From the sequence record DRR723986_6148: 35,552 bases of DNA; one strand, given 5' to 3'. Under the pieces are notes generated by a model, which made no database searches, was not told where the DNA came from, and saw nothing but the letters and a program-made list of their open reading frames with translations. The first letter of the stretch is position 1. Every line of letters begins with the position of its first letter. Below, piece by piece: positions 9,215 to 18,572 of the stretch. The position numbers and the translations under genes were made by a program.

Positions 9215-10789
9215 ATGTATCACTCGGACGAACTGATCCAGCTCATACAATCGATGAGCAAACAGGAGCGGCGCTATTTCAACCTGCGCGCCACAGCGCA
9301 CAAGCGGCGCGAGGAAAGCGCAACCCTGACCTTGTTTAAGAAACTTGTAAAGGTGCCGGCGCCCGCGAGTGATGCCGAATGGCGCAGGTTACTTGACGAG
9401 TGCAAAGCCGGGGCGAATCCGGCAGCGCTCAAGAACAGGCTCTACACGCAGCTATTGGACTGCCTGGCTGACTGGCAGGCGAAGTCATCAATTGAAAACA
9501 CTTTACTGCGGCGGCTGACGCACCTGGATGTACTGTTCCGCAAGCGTCGTTTTGAGGCCTGCCTGAACATGTGTAAAACAATAATCACGCGAGCCGAGCA
9601 ATATGAACTACTTCCAATTCTGCTGCGCGCTTTACAATGGCAGCGTCGCATAATTCTGCGGATTAAACCGGCAGACTTTGAAGAGTGCTTGCGCAACAAC
9701 AGCAGTCAACTTCAGAAGGCACTTACTATTTTTAACAATTCGGTTGATTATCTGGAACAGGTTGGCCTGTTTTACGTGGCGGCACACAAACGCACGCTGG
9801 CGCGCCCAGGCAGTGAGACACAAGACCTGGCCGAGATTATGTCACAGCCGATGATGCAGGCTTTTGATGGAACGCTGTCGTTTACCGCACATATGCACCT
9901 GCTTAAGGCACATTCTTTCTACGCCTGGATGTCGGGCCAACGCCACGATGCGCTGACCTGGTATGCGCGGATTGTACAGCACTGGGAAACACAGCCGCAT
10001 CGCATTCGGGACGCAGCCACTGTTTTTAGCGCCGATGTGTGCAACTATTTAACATGTTGTATTGCCGAGCGCAAAACCGAAGGTTTTGAAACATTGCTGG
10101 AGAGGATTCGCGAAGTTAATACCGGCACGGGCGACGCGGCCCTGTTCAGGCTTGACCGCATTGACTTCCTGGAACTGAGTTATAATTTGAACCGCGGAAT
10201 GTTAACTGAGGCGCTGGAGACCGCCGAGCGCGTGCAGCAGGGGTTGGCGGTGAATGGCTCGCGGCTGCCGTCCAACCGGCGCATGATTTTGTTGTTTAAC
10301 TGTGCGGTGGCGCGTTTTGTTGGCGGCCGCTTTGGTGCGGCGCTGGAGCCTCTGCTGGCGGTCATCGATTCGGATGGTTTGGCGGCACGCGGCGATCTGT
10401 ATGACTTTGCACAGATTCTGCGCTTGTTAATTCACTTTGAGCTTAAAGACTTTGAGCTGCTGGACAGTCTGGAGCGCACGACGCGCGCGCATTTCCGGCA
10501 GAAAGCCGCGCCGCCAACATTTGAGCTTAACCTGCTCAAGTACTTAAGGCAGGCGCGGCGCAGCGTCGATAAGACACAATTACATGCGTCTCTGCGGGCG
10601 CTGCGCGCCGAGTTACTTGAGATTCTGCATGCCCCGGGTGCCAACCGCGACCTGGGAATTCCAGAAATCCTGTACTGGGTAGACAGCCAGATAAACGCCG
10701 TGCCTATTGATGAACTGTTTAGCCGCGGTGCCCAGGCTACTATACTGCGCGATCCGCGTAGCGTCTTTCCGCTGCCGATATTACAGTAA
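9215..10789 (+). CDS. Conserved ~520-aa all-helical (TPR-like) hypothetical protein of FCB-group type; putative regulator
   Basis: 524 aa. N-terminus DELIQLIQSMSKQERRYF...LKNRLYTQLLDCL resembles a widespread uncharacterised Bacteroidota family (recalled, not searched); helical repeats downstream; in-frame TGA immediately before the ATG fixes the start. Confidence 0.75.
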   Translation: MYHSDELIQLIQSMSKQERRYFNLRATAHKRREESATLTLFKKLVKVPAPASDAEWRRLLDECKAGANPAALKNRLYTQLLDCLADWQAKSSIENTLLRRLTHLDVLFRKRRFEACLNMCKTIITRAEQYELLPILLRALQWQRRIILRIKPADFEECLRNNSSQLQKALTIFNNSVDYLEQVGLFYVAAHKRTLARPGSETQDLAEIMSQPMMQAFDGTLSFTAHMHLLKAHSFYAWMSGQRHDALTWYARIVQHWETQPHRIRDAATVFSADVCNYLTCCIAERKTEGFETLLERIREVNTGTGDAALFRLDRIDFLELSYNLNRGMLTEALETAERVQQGLAVNGSRLPSNRRMILLFNCAVARFVGGRFGAALEPLLAVIDSDGLAARGDLYDFAQILRLLIHFELKDFELLDSLERTTRAHFRQKAAPPTFELNLLKYLRQARRSVDKTQLHASLRALRAELLEILHAPGANRDLGIPEILYWVDSQINAVPIDELFSRGAQATILRDPRSVFPLPILQ

Positions 10790-10860
10790 AACCACACAAC
10801 AAAACCCGTCCCTGATGCGGACTGGGGGGCTGGGCTGGGCTTGCCGTCAGGGAGCGGGTT
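10790..10860 (-). terminator. Probable terminator hairpin between the convergent TPR-like and T9SS genes
   Basis: Imperfect inverted repeat AACCCG-TCCCTGA ... TCAGGGA-G-CGGGTT (10803-10860), followed on the minus strand by TTGTTGTGTGGTTTT. Confidence 0.45.
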
Positions 10861-10874
10861 GAGAGTGTGACTTC

Positions 10875-13800
10875 TTACTGCAGGAGAATTGGAACACTGC
10901 GTTTATATGGCCCTGAGGCCACATGCAGCAGATACACTCCGTGCGCCAGTACTGCGCGCGGAACTTCATAGAGGATTTGTTGTGCCGTAGGGCTGTTAAC
11001 TGTATCACTATACACAAGCCGGCCGCCGGCATCAAACAATTCAATTTTGGTCATTCCAGGCAATGCTGCATCGATCTCGACGATCAGAGACTCCGCACGA
11101 ATCTGTGTGCGCAAGGCATACCGATTAGTGCCCAGCTGAATTAAACGTCCAATCGAAAGGCAGACCGGCGCAAGCCGTACAAATCCCGGTGCAGCCCTGG
11201 ATGTAAAACAGTTAAGTTCCAGGTCCACAAACTCGGGCGTCAGCACAATCATCAAAGTGTCGTGTGGCCCGTTGAGAACCATCGCGTCAAATTCACAGAG
11301 GAGGCCTTCGCCTAAAGTGCTGCCCGGAATGCCGCGCAGACTGATCTCCAGATAGTTAGCAGATGTTTCCTCGCGAACGCCAGCAGACCAGTCGGCAAGT
11401 TGAGGCGCTAATAACAGTGAGTTAGGCTGAAACGCCAACAGCTCCGCCGGGTAATTGAGCCGAACAGTCAGTTCAGCAAGCTCGGCGGACGCCAGGGCCG
11501 CAGCGTCATTGCTGCCAAGCACCAGACCAACACGCACGAGCTCACCCGGCTCGGCGGGATCGAGGTGCGACTTAACGGCAATCTCGATTACATTATCCGG
11601 CACAACTTCGACGAGGACACTATCGAGTTTAAGACAGCCATTTGCGTCACGCGCTTCAATGTAGTACTTCGTGCTGTTTTGCGGACGCGCGATAACACGC
11701 GGACCACTGTTGCCGGACAGTGTTTGAGCGGGCGACCAGTTAAACTCAATGAATTCACCGGCGGCCCAGAGCTCAACGGCCTGGCCGCGGCAGATCTCCT
11801 GGTCTTGAACAACCTGCAGTGTGGGAAGCGGTGGCCGCCGGATGACAAGTGTATCAAACACTTCGCAGTCGCCCAGCAGGGCGCGCAAGTACAGGGTCGT
11901 TGCAGCTTGTGTAGCGGGTTTAAGTTCAAGGCGATCCGGCGCAGTTTGGCGCGCAAATTGACGTGGCTGCCATTCCAATGAATCGTAGTTGCCGTTTATT
12001 TGCAGCGTGTAACTTAACTCCCGGCAATCAAATGCACTTAAAGTATGATTCAGCGTCGGTAAACTATTAACATGTACGTGCAGCGAATAGGTCTGCGCGC
12101 AGCCTTGTGGGCTGGTAACAGTTAAACTATACTCGGTACTTGTGCGCGGCTGCGCCAGCGCTTGTTTACGGTTTGGGTCGTCCAGGCCACGCGCCGGACT
12201 CCAGCGATAGGAATATTCATCAGAGCCCCTAACATTTAAGCTGACGGGTGCGTCACCCAGGCACATTTTAATGTCGGGCGGCATTTCAACTTCCGGCGGC
12301 GCGTGGATGAATATAAGTTGTTCGACTGTGTCACGGCAGTCACCGCTTGCGACTTCCACGACAAAACGACTGTCGGCAAAGACTTCAAGTTCCTGCTGCG
12401 CGGCTGTGGAATCGATAATTCCGGGGCCGACCAACCACTTAAACTCTTCGCCGCCCGAAGCCTCCAGCCTGAGAGTCTCACCGCGGCAGAGCAGCGAATC
12501 AGAGACTTGCAGCTGCGCGTCAACGCGCGTGTCTATAAAAACATTCGTCCGTGCTTCGGCGCGGCAGCCGGTTAATGTATCAAAAACTGTTAAAGTGTAG
12601 GTGCGCGCGCGCCGGGTCTCGACTTGCGGACGAAGCACAGTCGGGTCACTTAAACCAACAGGGGGACTCCAGCTGTAGCGCAGACGCGCTGGGTCTCCCG
12701 CAAAATCAATTTGTGGATCAAGGACCAATTCGGCATCAAAACAGGTGTGGATTTGATCGGGCAAATTAACACGTAGCGGCTCTTCAACTATTACGGTCAC
12801 CGAACCACTGTCATTACACATCCCGCGGTCAGCCCGCACAACAAAGGTTGTTGTCTCCTGCGGCGTTGCCAGCGGGTCGTGCCGCTCAAAATCATCCAGC
12901 GGCGACTGCGGCGTCCACCAAACATCCAAAGTATCAACACCTTTAACACGCAGGCGCGTTGATTGCCCACGACAGATAATCAGCGGGTCGGCTGTGACTT
13001 CAAGTTTGCGCTCACCAACAAACACCGTTATCGAAGCACTTGTTGTGCAGCCGTAATAATCAGTTACCGTCACGGTATAAGTCGTGGTTGTGTCGGGCTG
13101 CACACTCGGGAATAACAAGGTCGAATTACTTAAACCCTCCGACGGTGTCCACTGATAGGTGTACCAGTGACTCTCCGGAAATATGTGCGGACACAGTTTA
13201 ATGACTTCACCGGGACAGGCAATCACGTCCTCGACTTCAATTCGTGGTGCCGGCCGCACACTTACAATACGGCGCGCGCAGCTGATACAATCTTCGTCAT
13301 ACATTTTGGCACAAAACACATAAGCACTTGTTTTGCGGGGCCAGACCTTACGCGCAGCGGTATCAAGATTGTACTCTGGTGACCACCAGACGCTGTCGGC
13401 AGTTGGTGCCCTGGCAAACATGGGGATTGTATCACCGGCACAAATAGTTATGTCCGAATTTATTGAAACCGGAATCTCGGCGCCGGCGGGAATCTCAAGA
13501 ACCTGGTTAATACCTGTAACACCGCGACCATTGTTAAATGTCAGGCCCACGGTATAACTCCCAGATTTGGGAAAACAAACCAGGCCGGCATCGGTGCCGG
13601 TCACAAGCTGTGGACTCCCCTGCCCCATGTTCCATTTCCAGTCGAGACCTTCCAGGGGCGGCTCTACGCGGATGTTAACACAAATTTGACCACAGGGAAT
13701 TGTTGCTCCATTGTTAACAACTATTTCAAAGTCCGGAAGCACCGCAGGAAAATGCTGGCCACAGAGGTTGCGTGCATCAATAAAGTTGGGCAAGTCCCGC

Positions 13801-14870
13801 CGCACAACTCCTGGCCCAAGCCCTACTGCGAATGGATCCAGATCAATAAATTCCCGCAGCCGGTCCGGGTAACGAATTCTGCCGAGCGCACCTTCCGCTG
13901 AGTTGTAGGCAAAATAGATAGCGCCGTCCTGCGCAACTTGCAAAGCCGCTGCACTCTCTTGTAAATCATTCGAGCGATGTAATGTAACGGCTGATGTTTC
14001 TGCGAAGTTTTTCAGGCCAAACCGCGCAATGTCCCAGCTGGAAGTGTTTTCAATGCTGCAGTAGAGGTAGGTTCCCGTCGGCGAGAATTCAATGTCGTAC
14101 ACCTGGCTCTCACCGACTTTGTTAAATCGCCTGTTTAACATTCGCCCGGAGCTGTTGTCAAAGTTGTAGAGGGTAATCTGCGGGCCATCACTCGTGGCGA
14201 TCAGGTTGCCACGTCCTCCAGCGCTCAGGCGTCCACTGCAATTCGTCCAGAGTTTGTTAAATCGATTGTAGACCGTGTCAACAATTGAGGCAGACTCTGT
14301 AGAATAATGAAATGTGCTAAACTCCTCGCGAAACTGATCGGCTACAATGATCCAGTAGTCATGCTGATTGCAGTGCGGCACAATGGTTAATCGCTCTCCA
14401 AACGGCCCCGGATGCTGCCAGACTGCAGGCTCAATGCTCCACTCCAGCGTAGATTTGGATGCCGGAGTAAGACGCGAAATCTGCAGTCCCTGTCCGTCGT
14501 TACAAGCACCGAGACTTAAGACGTGGTACTGTTCCGGGAAGTATTGCGGCAGAATCATCGTGGATTTTATCGTTGTTCCCGGCTCCGCAAGCAAAGTCGC
14601 CTGTTTAACATTTGCGGCATTCCACACATGTGATCCATCGGTGTAAAACAGCAGTTCACCTGTTGTATAATCTGCAACTGTTGCCGCGGAATGTTGAACA
14701 ATCATTGCACTGTTGGGCAAGACCTGCGGGTTTTCAAACTTTTGATCAAACTGGATTGCAGCACCATTTCCAAAGTGCCAGACGGAGTTTTCAAGGCCAA
14801 ACGCGGCTACAAGCTGCGGACTTAACACTAAGGCACACAAAATACCTGCCGTTAACTTTTTTGAGGGCAT
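10875..14870 (-). CDS. T9SS-sorted surface protein: beta-propeller + PKD-like + ~8 Cys-containing Ig-like repeats + cohesin-like domain + CTD
   Basis: SD GAAGGAG before MPSKK; signal peptide; propeller motifs WHFG, LLFYTDG, FSPTG, LQVAQDG, LPNF; repeats ICxG..W(S/T)P..GL..P; C-terminus IELFDAGGRLV...GVYLLHV. Confidence 0.85.
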   Translation of the reverse strand: MPSKKLTAGILCALVLSPQLVAAFGLENSVWHFGNGAAIQFDQKFENPQVLPNSAMIVQHSAATVADYTTGELLFYTDGSHVWNAANVKQATLLAEPGTTIKSTMILPQYFPEQYHVLSLGACNDGQGLQISRLTPASKSTLEWSIEPAVWQHPGPFGERLTIVPHCNQHDYWIIVADQFREEFSTFHYSTESASIVDTVYNRFNKLWTNCSGRLSAGGRGNLIATSDGPQITLYNFDNSSGRMLNRRFNKVGESQVYDIEFSPTGTYLYCSIENTSSWDIARFGLKNFAETSAVTLHRSNDLQESAAALQVAQDGAIYFAYNSAEGALGRIRYPDRLREFIDLDPFAVGLGPGVVRRDLPNFIDARNLCGQHFPAVLPDFEIVVNNGATIPCGQICVNIRVEPPLEGLDWKWNMGQGSPQLVTGTDAGLVCFPKSGSYTVGLTFNNGRGVTGINQVLEIPAGAEIPVSINSDITICAGDTIPMFARAPTADSVWWSPEYNLDTAARKVWPRKTSAYVFCAKMYDEDCISCARRIVSVRPAPRIEVEDVIACPGEVIKLCPHIFPESHWYTYQWTPSEGLSNSTLLFPSVQPDTTTTYTVTVTDYYGCTTSASITVFVGERKLEVTADPLIICRGQSTRLRVKGVDTLDVWWTPQSPLDDFERHDPLATPQETTTFVVRADRGMCNDSGSVTVIVEEPLRVNLPDQIHTCFDAELVLDPQIDFAGDPARLRYSWSPPVGLSDPTVLRPQVETRRARTYTLTVFDTLTGCRAEARTNVFIDTRVDAQLQVSDSLLCRGETLRLEASGGEEFKWLVGPGIIDSTAAQQELEVFADSRFVVEVASGDCRDTVEQLIFIHAPPEVEMPPDIKMCLGDAPVSLNVRGSDEYSYRWSPARGLDDPNRKQALAQPRTSTEYSLTVTSPQGCAQTYSLHVHVNSLPTLNHTLSAFDCRELSYTLQINGNYDSLEWQPRQFARQTAPDRLELKPATQAATTLYLRALLGDCEVFDTLVIRRPPLPTLQVVQDQEICRGQAVELWAAGEFIEFNWSPAQTLSGNSGPRVIARPQNSTKYYIEARDANGCLKLDSVLVEVVPDNVIEIAVKSHLDPAEPGELVRVGLVLGSNDAAALASAELAELTVRLNYPAELLAFQPNSLLLAPQLADWSAGVREETSANYLEISLRGIPGSTLGEGLLCEFDAMVLNGPHDTLMIVLTPEFVDLELNCFTSRAAPGFVRLAPVCLSIGRLIQLGTNRYALRTQIRAESLIVEIDAALPGMTKIELFDAGGRLVYSDTVNSPTAQQILYEVPRAVLAHGVYLLHVASGPYKRSVPILLQ

Positions 14871-15235
14871 GCGGTCTCCTTCAGGTCTGGGCCAGACCCG
14901 CAAGTACTTCACTTCAACTGGGAGATTCCTTGTACAACTTCGGCTGATACTACTCCGAAGCAATCCAGTTAACTGACACAGAAATCGGCGGTGTATCTCA
15001 GGGCTTTTCTAAAATAGTGCTGCGTTTGTGCGTAGATATCCAGCCGCGTCCAGCAGCCACGCCACCTCAGGCATACTTTCAGCTTTTTCGACAATTAATT
15101 TTTTTCTGATTCAAAGACAAAAACAATCACGAAATGTGATTTACGAGCGAGCTTGATTGCAGCGGCCGCGGCCTTGCTTTTTGAGGTATTTTTGTTTGGC
15201 CCGCTCGTGACATCAGGTTCCGAACACATTAAACA

Positions 15236-18163
15236 TCAGCGGCTGATAACGATCGCTTGGGTGCTGGATTGCCAGGTCGATTTGGCTGTAAGATAGTACA
15301 CACCCGCAGGAACGGCAGTGACGTCCAGTTCCAATTCAACAGTTTTAACTCCCTGATTCGGGATCGTATTTGTTAAGATCGATGTCCCAACTACATCGCG
15401 CAGTTCGAGCGTGACGTCGTCTGCATTGGGCATGTCAAGTTCACCGACGACACTTGTGCCGGTAACGGGGTTGCCGTGCACACGCAGTGCAAGGAGTGTA
15501 CGCCAGACGACCGTGTACCCAAGACAGTACTCATGAATCCCAAACTGTCCATTCTGGATTTTAACATCCACACAGTCACCATTGGCAAGCTGAAAGTCAA
15601 GGTTGTCCAGTGTAATGTCTGTCAGTGGATCTGAGGTGAGCATTGCACTGCCGATCAGATGTGTCAGAACTGTCTGCGTGCTTTCAATATCACCTTCAAA
15701 TGTCACGGTAACACGCTGAGTGACGGGGCCAATCTCATTCGTGAATGACAGGCCGTTACTGACACCTTCTACGCGCAGGTAGGTTTTATCAATTTCGATC
15801 ACAAATGTTACGTTTACACCACGCAGGGGCAGATGGCGTTCCGCCACGGTGATGACAACCGGAATGCTGTCAGTCTGGCCAGGCTCGGTTAAACGCTCTG
15901 CGGGCAGAGCTATCAGGACTTCAACCGAGTCGCGGACCACCAGGTCTACCGGCAATTCAAGGGCGCAGTCATTTTCATCAAAAATTGTGACGGTATAACG
16001 TGTATCTGCCTGCGGACTCGCGACCGGACTTGGACTTGTGAAGTCATCGAGTCCTGTGCGTGGCGACCATTCGTAGCGCACACCACCGGAAGCGTTTAAC
16101 TGCATTGATTCCCCGCGGCAGATGATGCCACCGTCTTCAACGCGCGCGCTCAGGTTCTGCAGGACTTCCACGTTAAGCTCAACTTCGGCTTCGCAGTCGC
16201 CGTCGCCACCAGCGAATCCACGCACGCTGTAATCAGAGCCGAATCTGGCGGTCATGAGCGGCGTAGCGGATGTGGGGTCGTCGAATAATTCGGCGGGGCT
16301 CCAGCTGTAGCGCTGTGCGCCGGAGGCGCGCAGGCGTATCTGTTCGCCGTCGCATATGGGCTCAATGGCATCAACTTGCAGCTCGGGGACATCAACTACG
16401 CGGATTGTGACTTGGGCCTCAACGACTTCACAGGCGTCCGCGGCTTCGAGGCGCACACGATATGTAGTTGTCTGCAGTGGCTGAGCAATCGCTGCACTTG
16501 GATCTGTAGCATCCAGGCCCTCGGCCGGCTCCCAGATGATTGTGCCGGCATCAGCGCTAACTGTCAACTCCAGGGACTCTCCGCGGCAAACTGTGCGTTC
16601 CTGCGGCCCTTCAATTTCAATGTTTGTGCGCCGCAGCACACGAATAGTTTTACGCGCCACATCGCCGACCAAGGGATGTTCTACCGTCAGCGAAATTTCG
16701 TATTGACCGGCGCGTGGGAAACAGACTTGTCCAGGATCTTTTTGTGTGCTCGTCGCGGGATCGGCATCCCCAAAATCCCAGATGTAAGCGCTGCCGCTGC
16801 CCCGGGTTGTGTTAACAATGTCGATGCAATCACCTTCGCAGATTTCTTCCGCAGAAAGTGTGAAGTCGGCAAAAACGAGGTCGCAGTCGCTGTTTTCTTT
16901 ATCAGTTTTGTTAAAAATATGATCCATGAAGTTGGGCAGGCCTTGCGTCGAAAGCGTGCGCTGCACGCCAATGCGCGCGCCAACTTCAACTGCATCGACT
17001 TCCAGAACCGGTGAGTTGTCCGGATTCGTGATACGCGACAGCATAAAAGACTCGCGCTGGGCAATGTAGATATTGCCATCCGGCGCTATCTGCATCGTAC
17101 CTAAGTCATTGAGCATGCCATTATTGGGCATAAACTCAAGTGAGTTCTGGATGGCCGCCTCACTCTTGTCTTCCAGCGAGAACTGCAGAACGGGCCCTTT
17201 GCGACTAGCCATGTAAATGTATTTACATTCGGGCGAAAATGTTAAGCCATACAGCTCAAGCACAAAGTCGTTAATAAAGTCCCAAATCGGTGCGCGAATT
17301 AACCTGGGGTTGCTGAGTTCACCCGTTACGCGGTTAAAGTCAAAAAGCTCAAAAGCGTATTCGTTTTCGCCATACAGAGCAACCGCAAGCATCGAGCCGT
17401 CGGGTGAGATTTTCATCTGGCCAATACCGCGCGCGGAATCTGCCACTGGTGAAAATCCAATCCGTGTAACCACAGGCTCGGGATCCACACCCTCACCAGT
17501 GACACGATAACTGTAATAACTGTTGTCATTCAGCGAGCGGGTTACAACCCAGTACCCTTCTTCCAGACAGTCGGCGATGCCGGTCAGGCGTTCGCTCATT
17601 TCGATGCGCGGCTCAAGCTGCACACGTTCAACGAGGTCGCCCATGCCGCTCCGCAAACTCAGGTCCACAACGCTGTACTGATTGTATAGGACCAGATCCA
17701 GATAGGGATCTTCGACCTGCATTTCCTGGCGACCAGTCAAATGCGAGTGATTGCCAGTGTTAAAAACGTAGACAATGTCTGGATTGTCGGGGTTGGGCAC
17801 CACAAGCGCGGGTTGCGTCGATGATCCCGTCAAATTCTGTGGATTGGAGTTCTGCGCCAGCCGGTAATCGCTGCCCGGCATTATCTCGTTGTCGGCCCCC
17901 CAAATGCGGATGCCGTCAGTGTACAACATCAGCGATCCGGTGTTTGGATACGAATACGTCGCACAGCCTTCACCGCTGAACATGGACGAGGCAAAGGTTT
18001 CTTTTACGATGTTGCCGGCCTGAAACTGTGTGGCAACATTACGACCAAAATACCAGTGCCGGGCTTCGTTTTGTGCGTTCGCAGGCTCAGGCAGAAGCAA
18101 CAGGAGGAGTGACGTCAGACTTAAAGCCGTGGCGAGGAGTGTCGGAGTACATTTCAATCTCAT
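15236..18163 (-). CDS. T9SS-sorted surface protein: beta-propeller + PKD + 3 Ig-like repeats + cohesin-like domain + CTD
   Basis: Signal peptide MRLK...ANA-Q; motifs WYFG, LMLYTDG, KISPDG, MQIAPDG, GLPNF; PKD WDFGD; CTD GNPV...LRDVVG...AGVYYL. Confidence 0.85.
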   Translation of the reverse strand: MRLKCTPTLLATALSLTSLLLLLLPEPANAQNEARHWYFGRNVATQFQAGNIVKETFASSMFSGEGCATYSYPNTGSLMLYTDGIRIWGADNEIMPGSDYRLAQNSNPQNLTGSSTQPALVVPNPDNPDIVYVFNTGNHSHLTGRQEMQVEDPYLDLVLYNQYSVVDLSLRSGMGDLVERVQLEPRIEMSERLTGIADCLEEGYWVVTRSLNDNSYYSYRVTGEGVDPEPVVTRIGFSPVADSARGIGQMKISPDGSMLAVALYGENEYAFELFDFNRVTGELSNPRLIRAPIWDFINDFVLELYGLTFSPECKYIYMASRKGPVLQFSLEDKSEAAIQNSLEFMPNNGMLNDLGTMQIAPDGNIYIAQRESFMLSRITNPDNSPVLEVDAVEVGARIGVQRTLSTQGLPNFMDHIFNKTDKENSDCDLVFADFTLSAEEICEGDCIDIVNTTRGSGSAYIWDFGDADPATSTQKDPGQVCFPRAGQYEISLTVEHPLVGDVARKTIRVLRRTNIEIEGPQERTVCRGESLELTVSADAGTIIWEPAEGLDATDPSAAIAQPLQTTTYRVRLEAADACEVVEAQVTIRVVDVPELQVDAIEPICDGEQIRLRASGAQRYSWSPAELFDDPTSATPLMTARFGSDYSVRGFAGGDGDCEAEVELNVEVLQNLSARVEDGGIICRGESMQLNASGGVRYEWSPRTGLDDFTSPSPVASPQADTRYTVTIFDENDCALELPVDLVVRDSVEVLIALPAERLTEPGQTDSIPVVITVAERHLPLRGVNVTFVIEIDKTYLRVEGVSNGLSFTNEIGPVTQRVTVTFEGDIESTQTVLTHLIGSAMLTSDPLTDITLDNLDFQLANGDCVDVKIQNGQFGIHEYCLGYTVVWRTLLALRVHGNPVTGTSVVGELDMPNADDVTLELRDVVGTSILTNTIPNQGVKTVELELDVTAVPAGVYYLTAKSTWQSSTQAIVISR

Positions 18164-18572
18164 AAAAATATCACCCGAAGATTGAGGAGCGTTGTCAGAA
18201 GGCCGCTGGGCGGGCGGCCCGGCAGTTGTTTTGCTTGAAGCCGGGGGCGCAGGGTGCGGGATTAACACACACAGAGGGTTGCGCTGCACAATAGACAGCC
18301 GGCTGCATTACTTGTCACTGACACAAAAACGGCTGAAAAGCTTCAAATCTTGCAAATCTGAGCTTGTTCAGGATCTGTGCGCTGCTCGATCTTGAGTTTT
18401 TGGTGGACTCCAGGCGCTTGGCTTTGGCCCCGTGAACTAACAAGAAGCTCAAAAAACAAGCCGGAAAGAGAGCCGATTGTGTAACAAGAAGGCGAGCCGG
18501 ACGGCGCTGTAATCAAGCCAAACCGCCCGGACCAAAGCCCAAAACACCAGGTACAAACAGGTCGGTTAGCGA

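Noticed and set aside
10819..10840. G-rich tract (GGGGGG-CT-GGG-CT-GGG) as a possible G-quadruplex
   Set aside because: It lies in the loop of a probable terminator hairpin; no further support.
14914..14922. TCAACTGGG shared upstream of two T9SS paralogues (also 30077-30085)
   Set aside because: A single non-palindromic 9-mer at different distances from the starts, and not seen before the third paralogue; consistent with chance.
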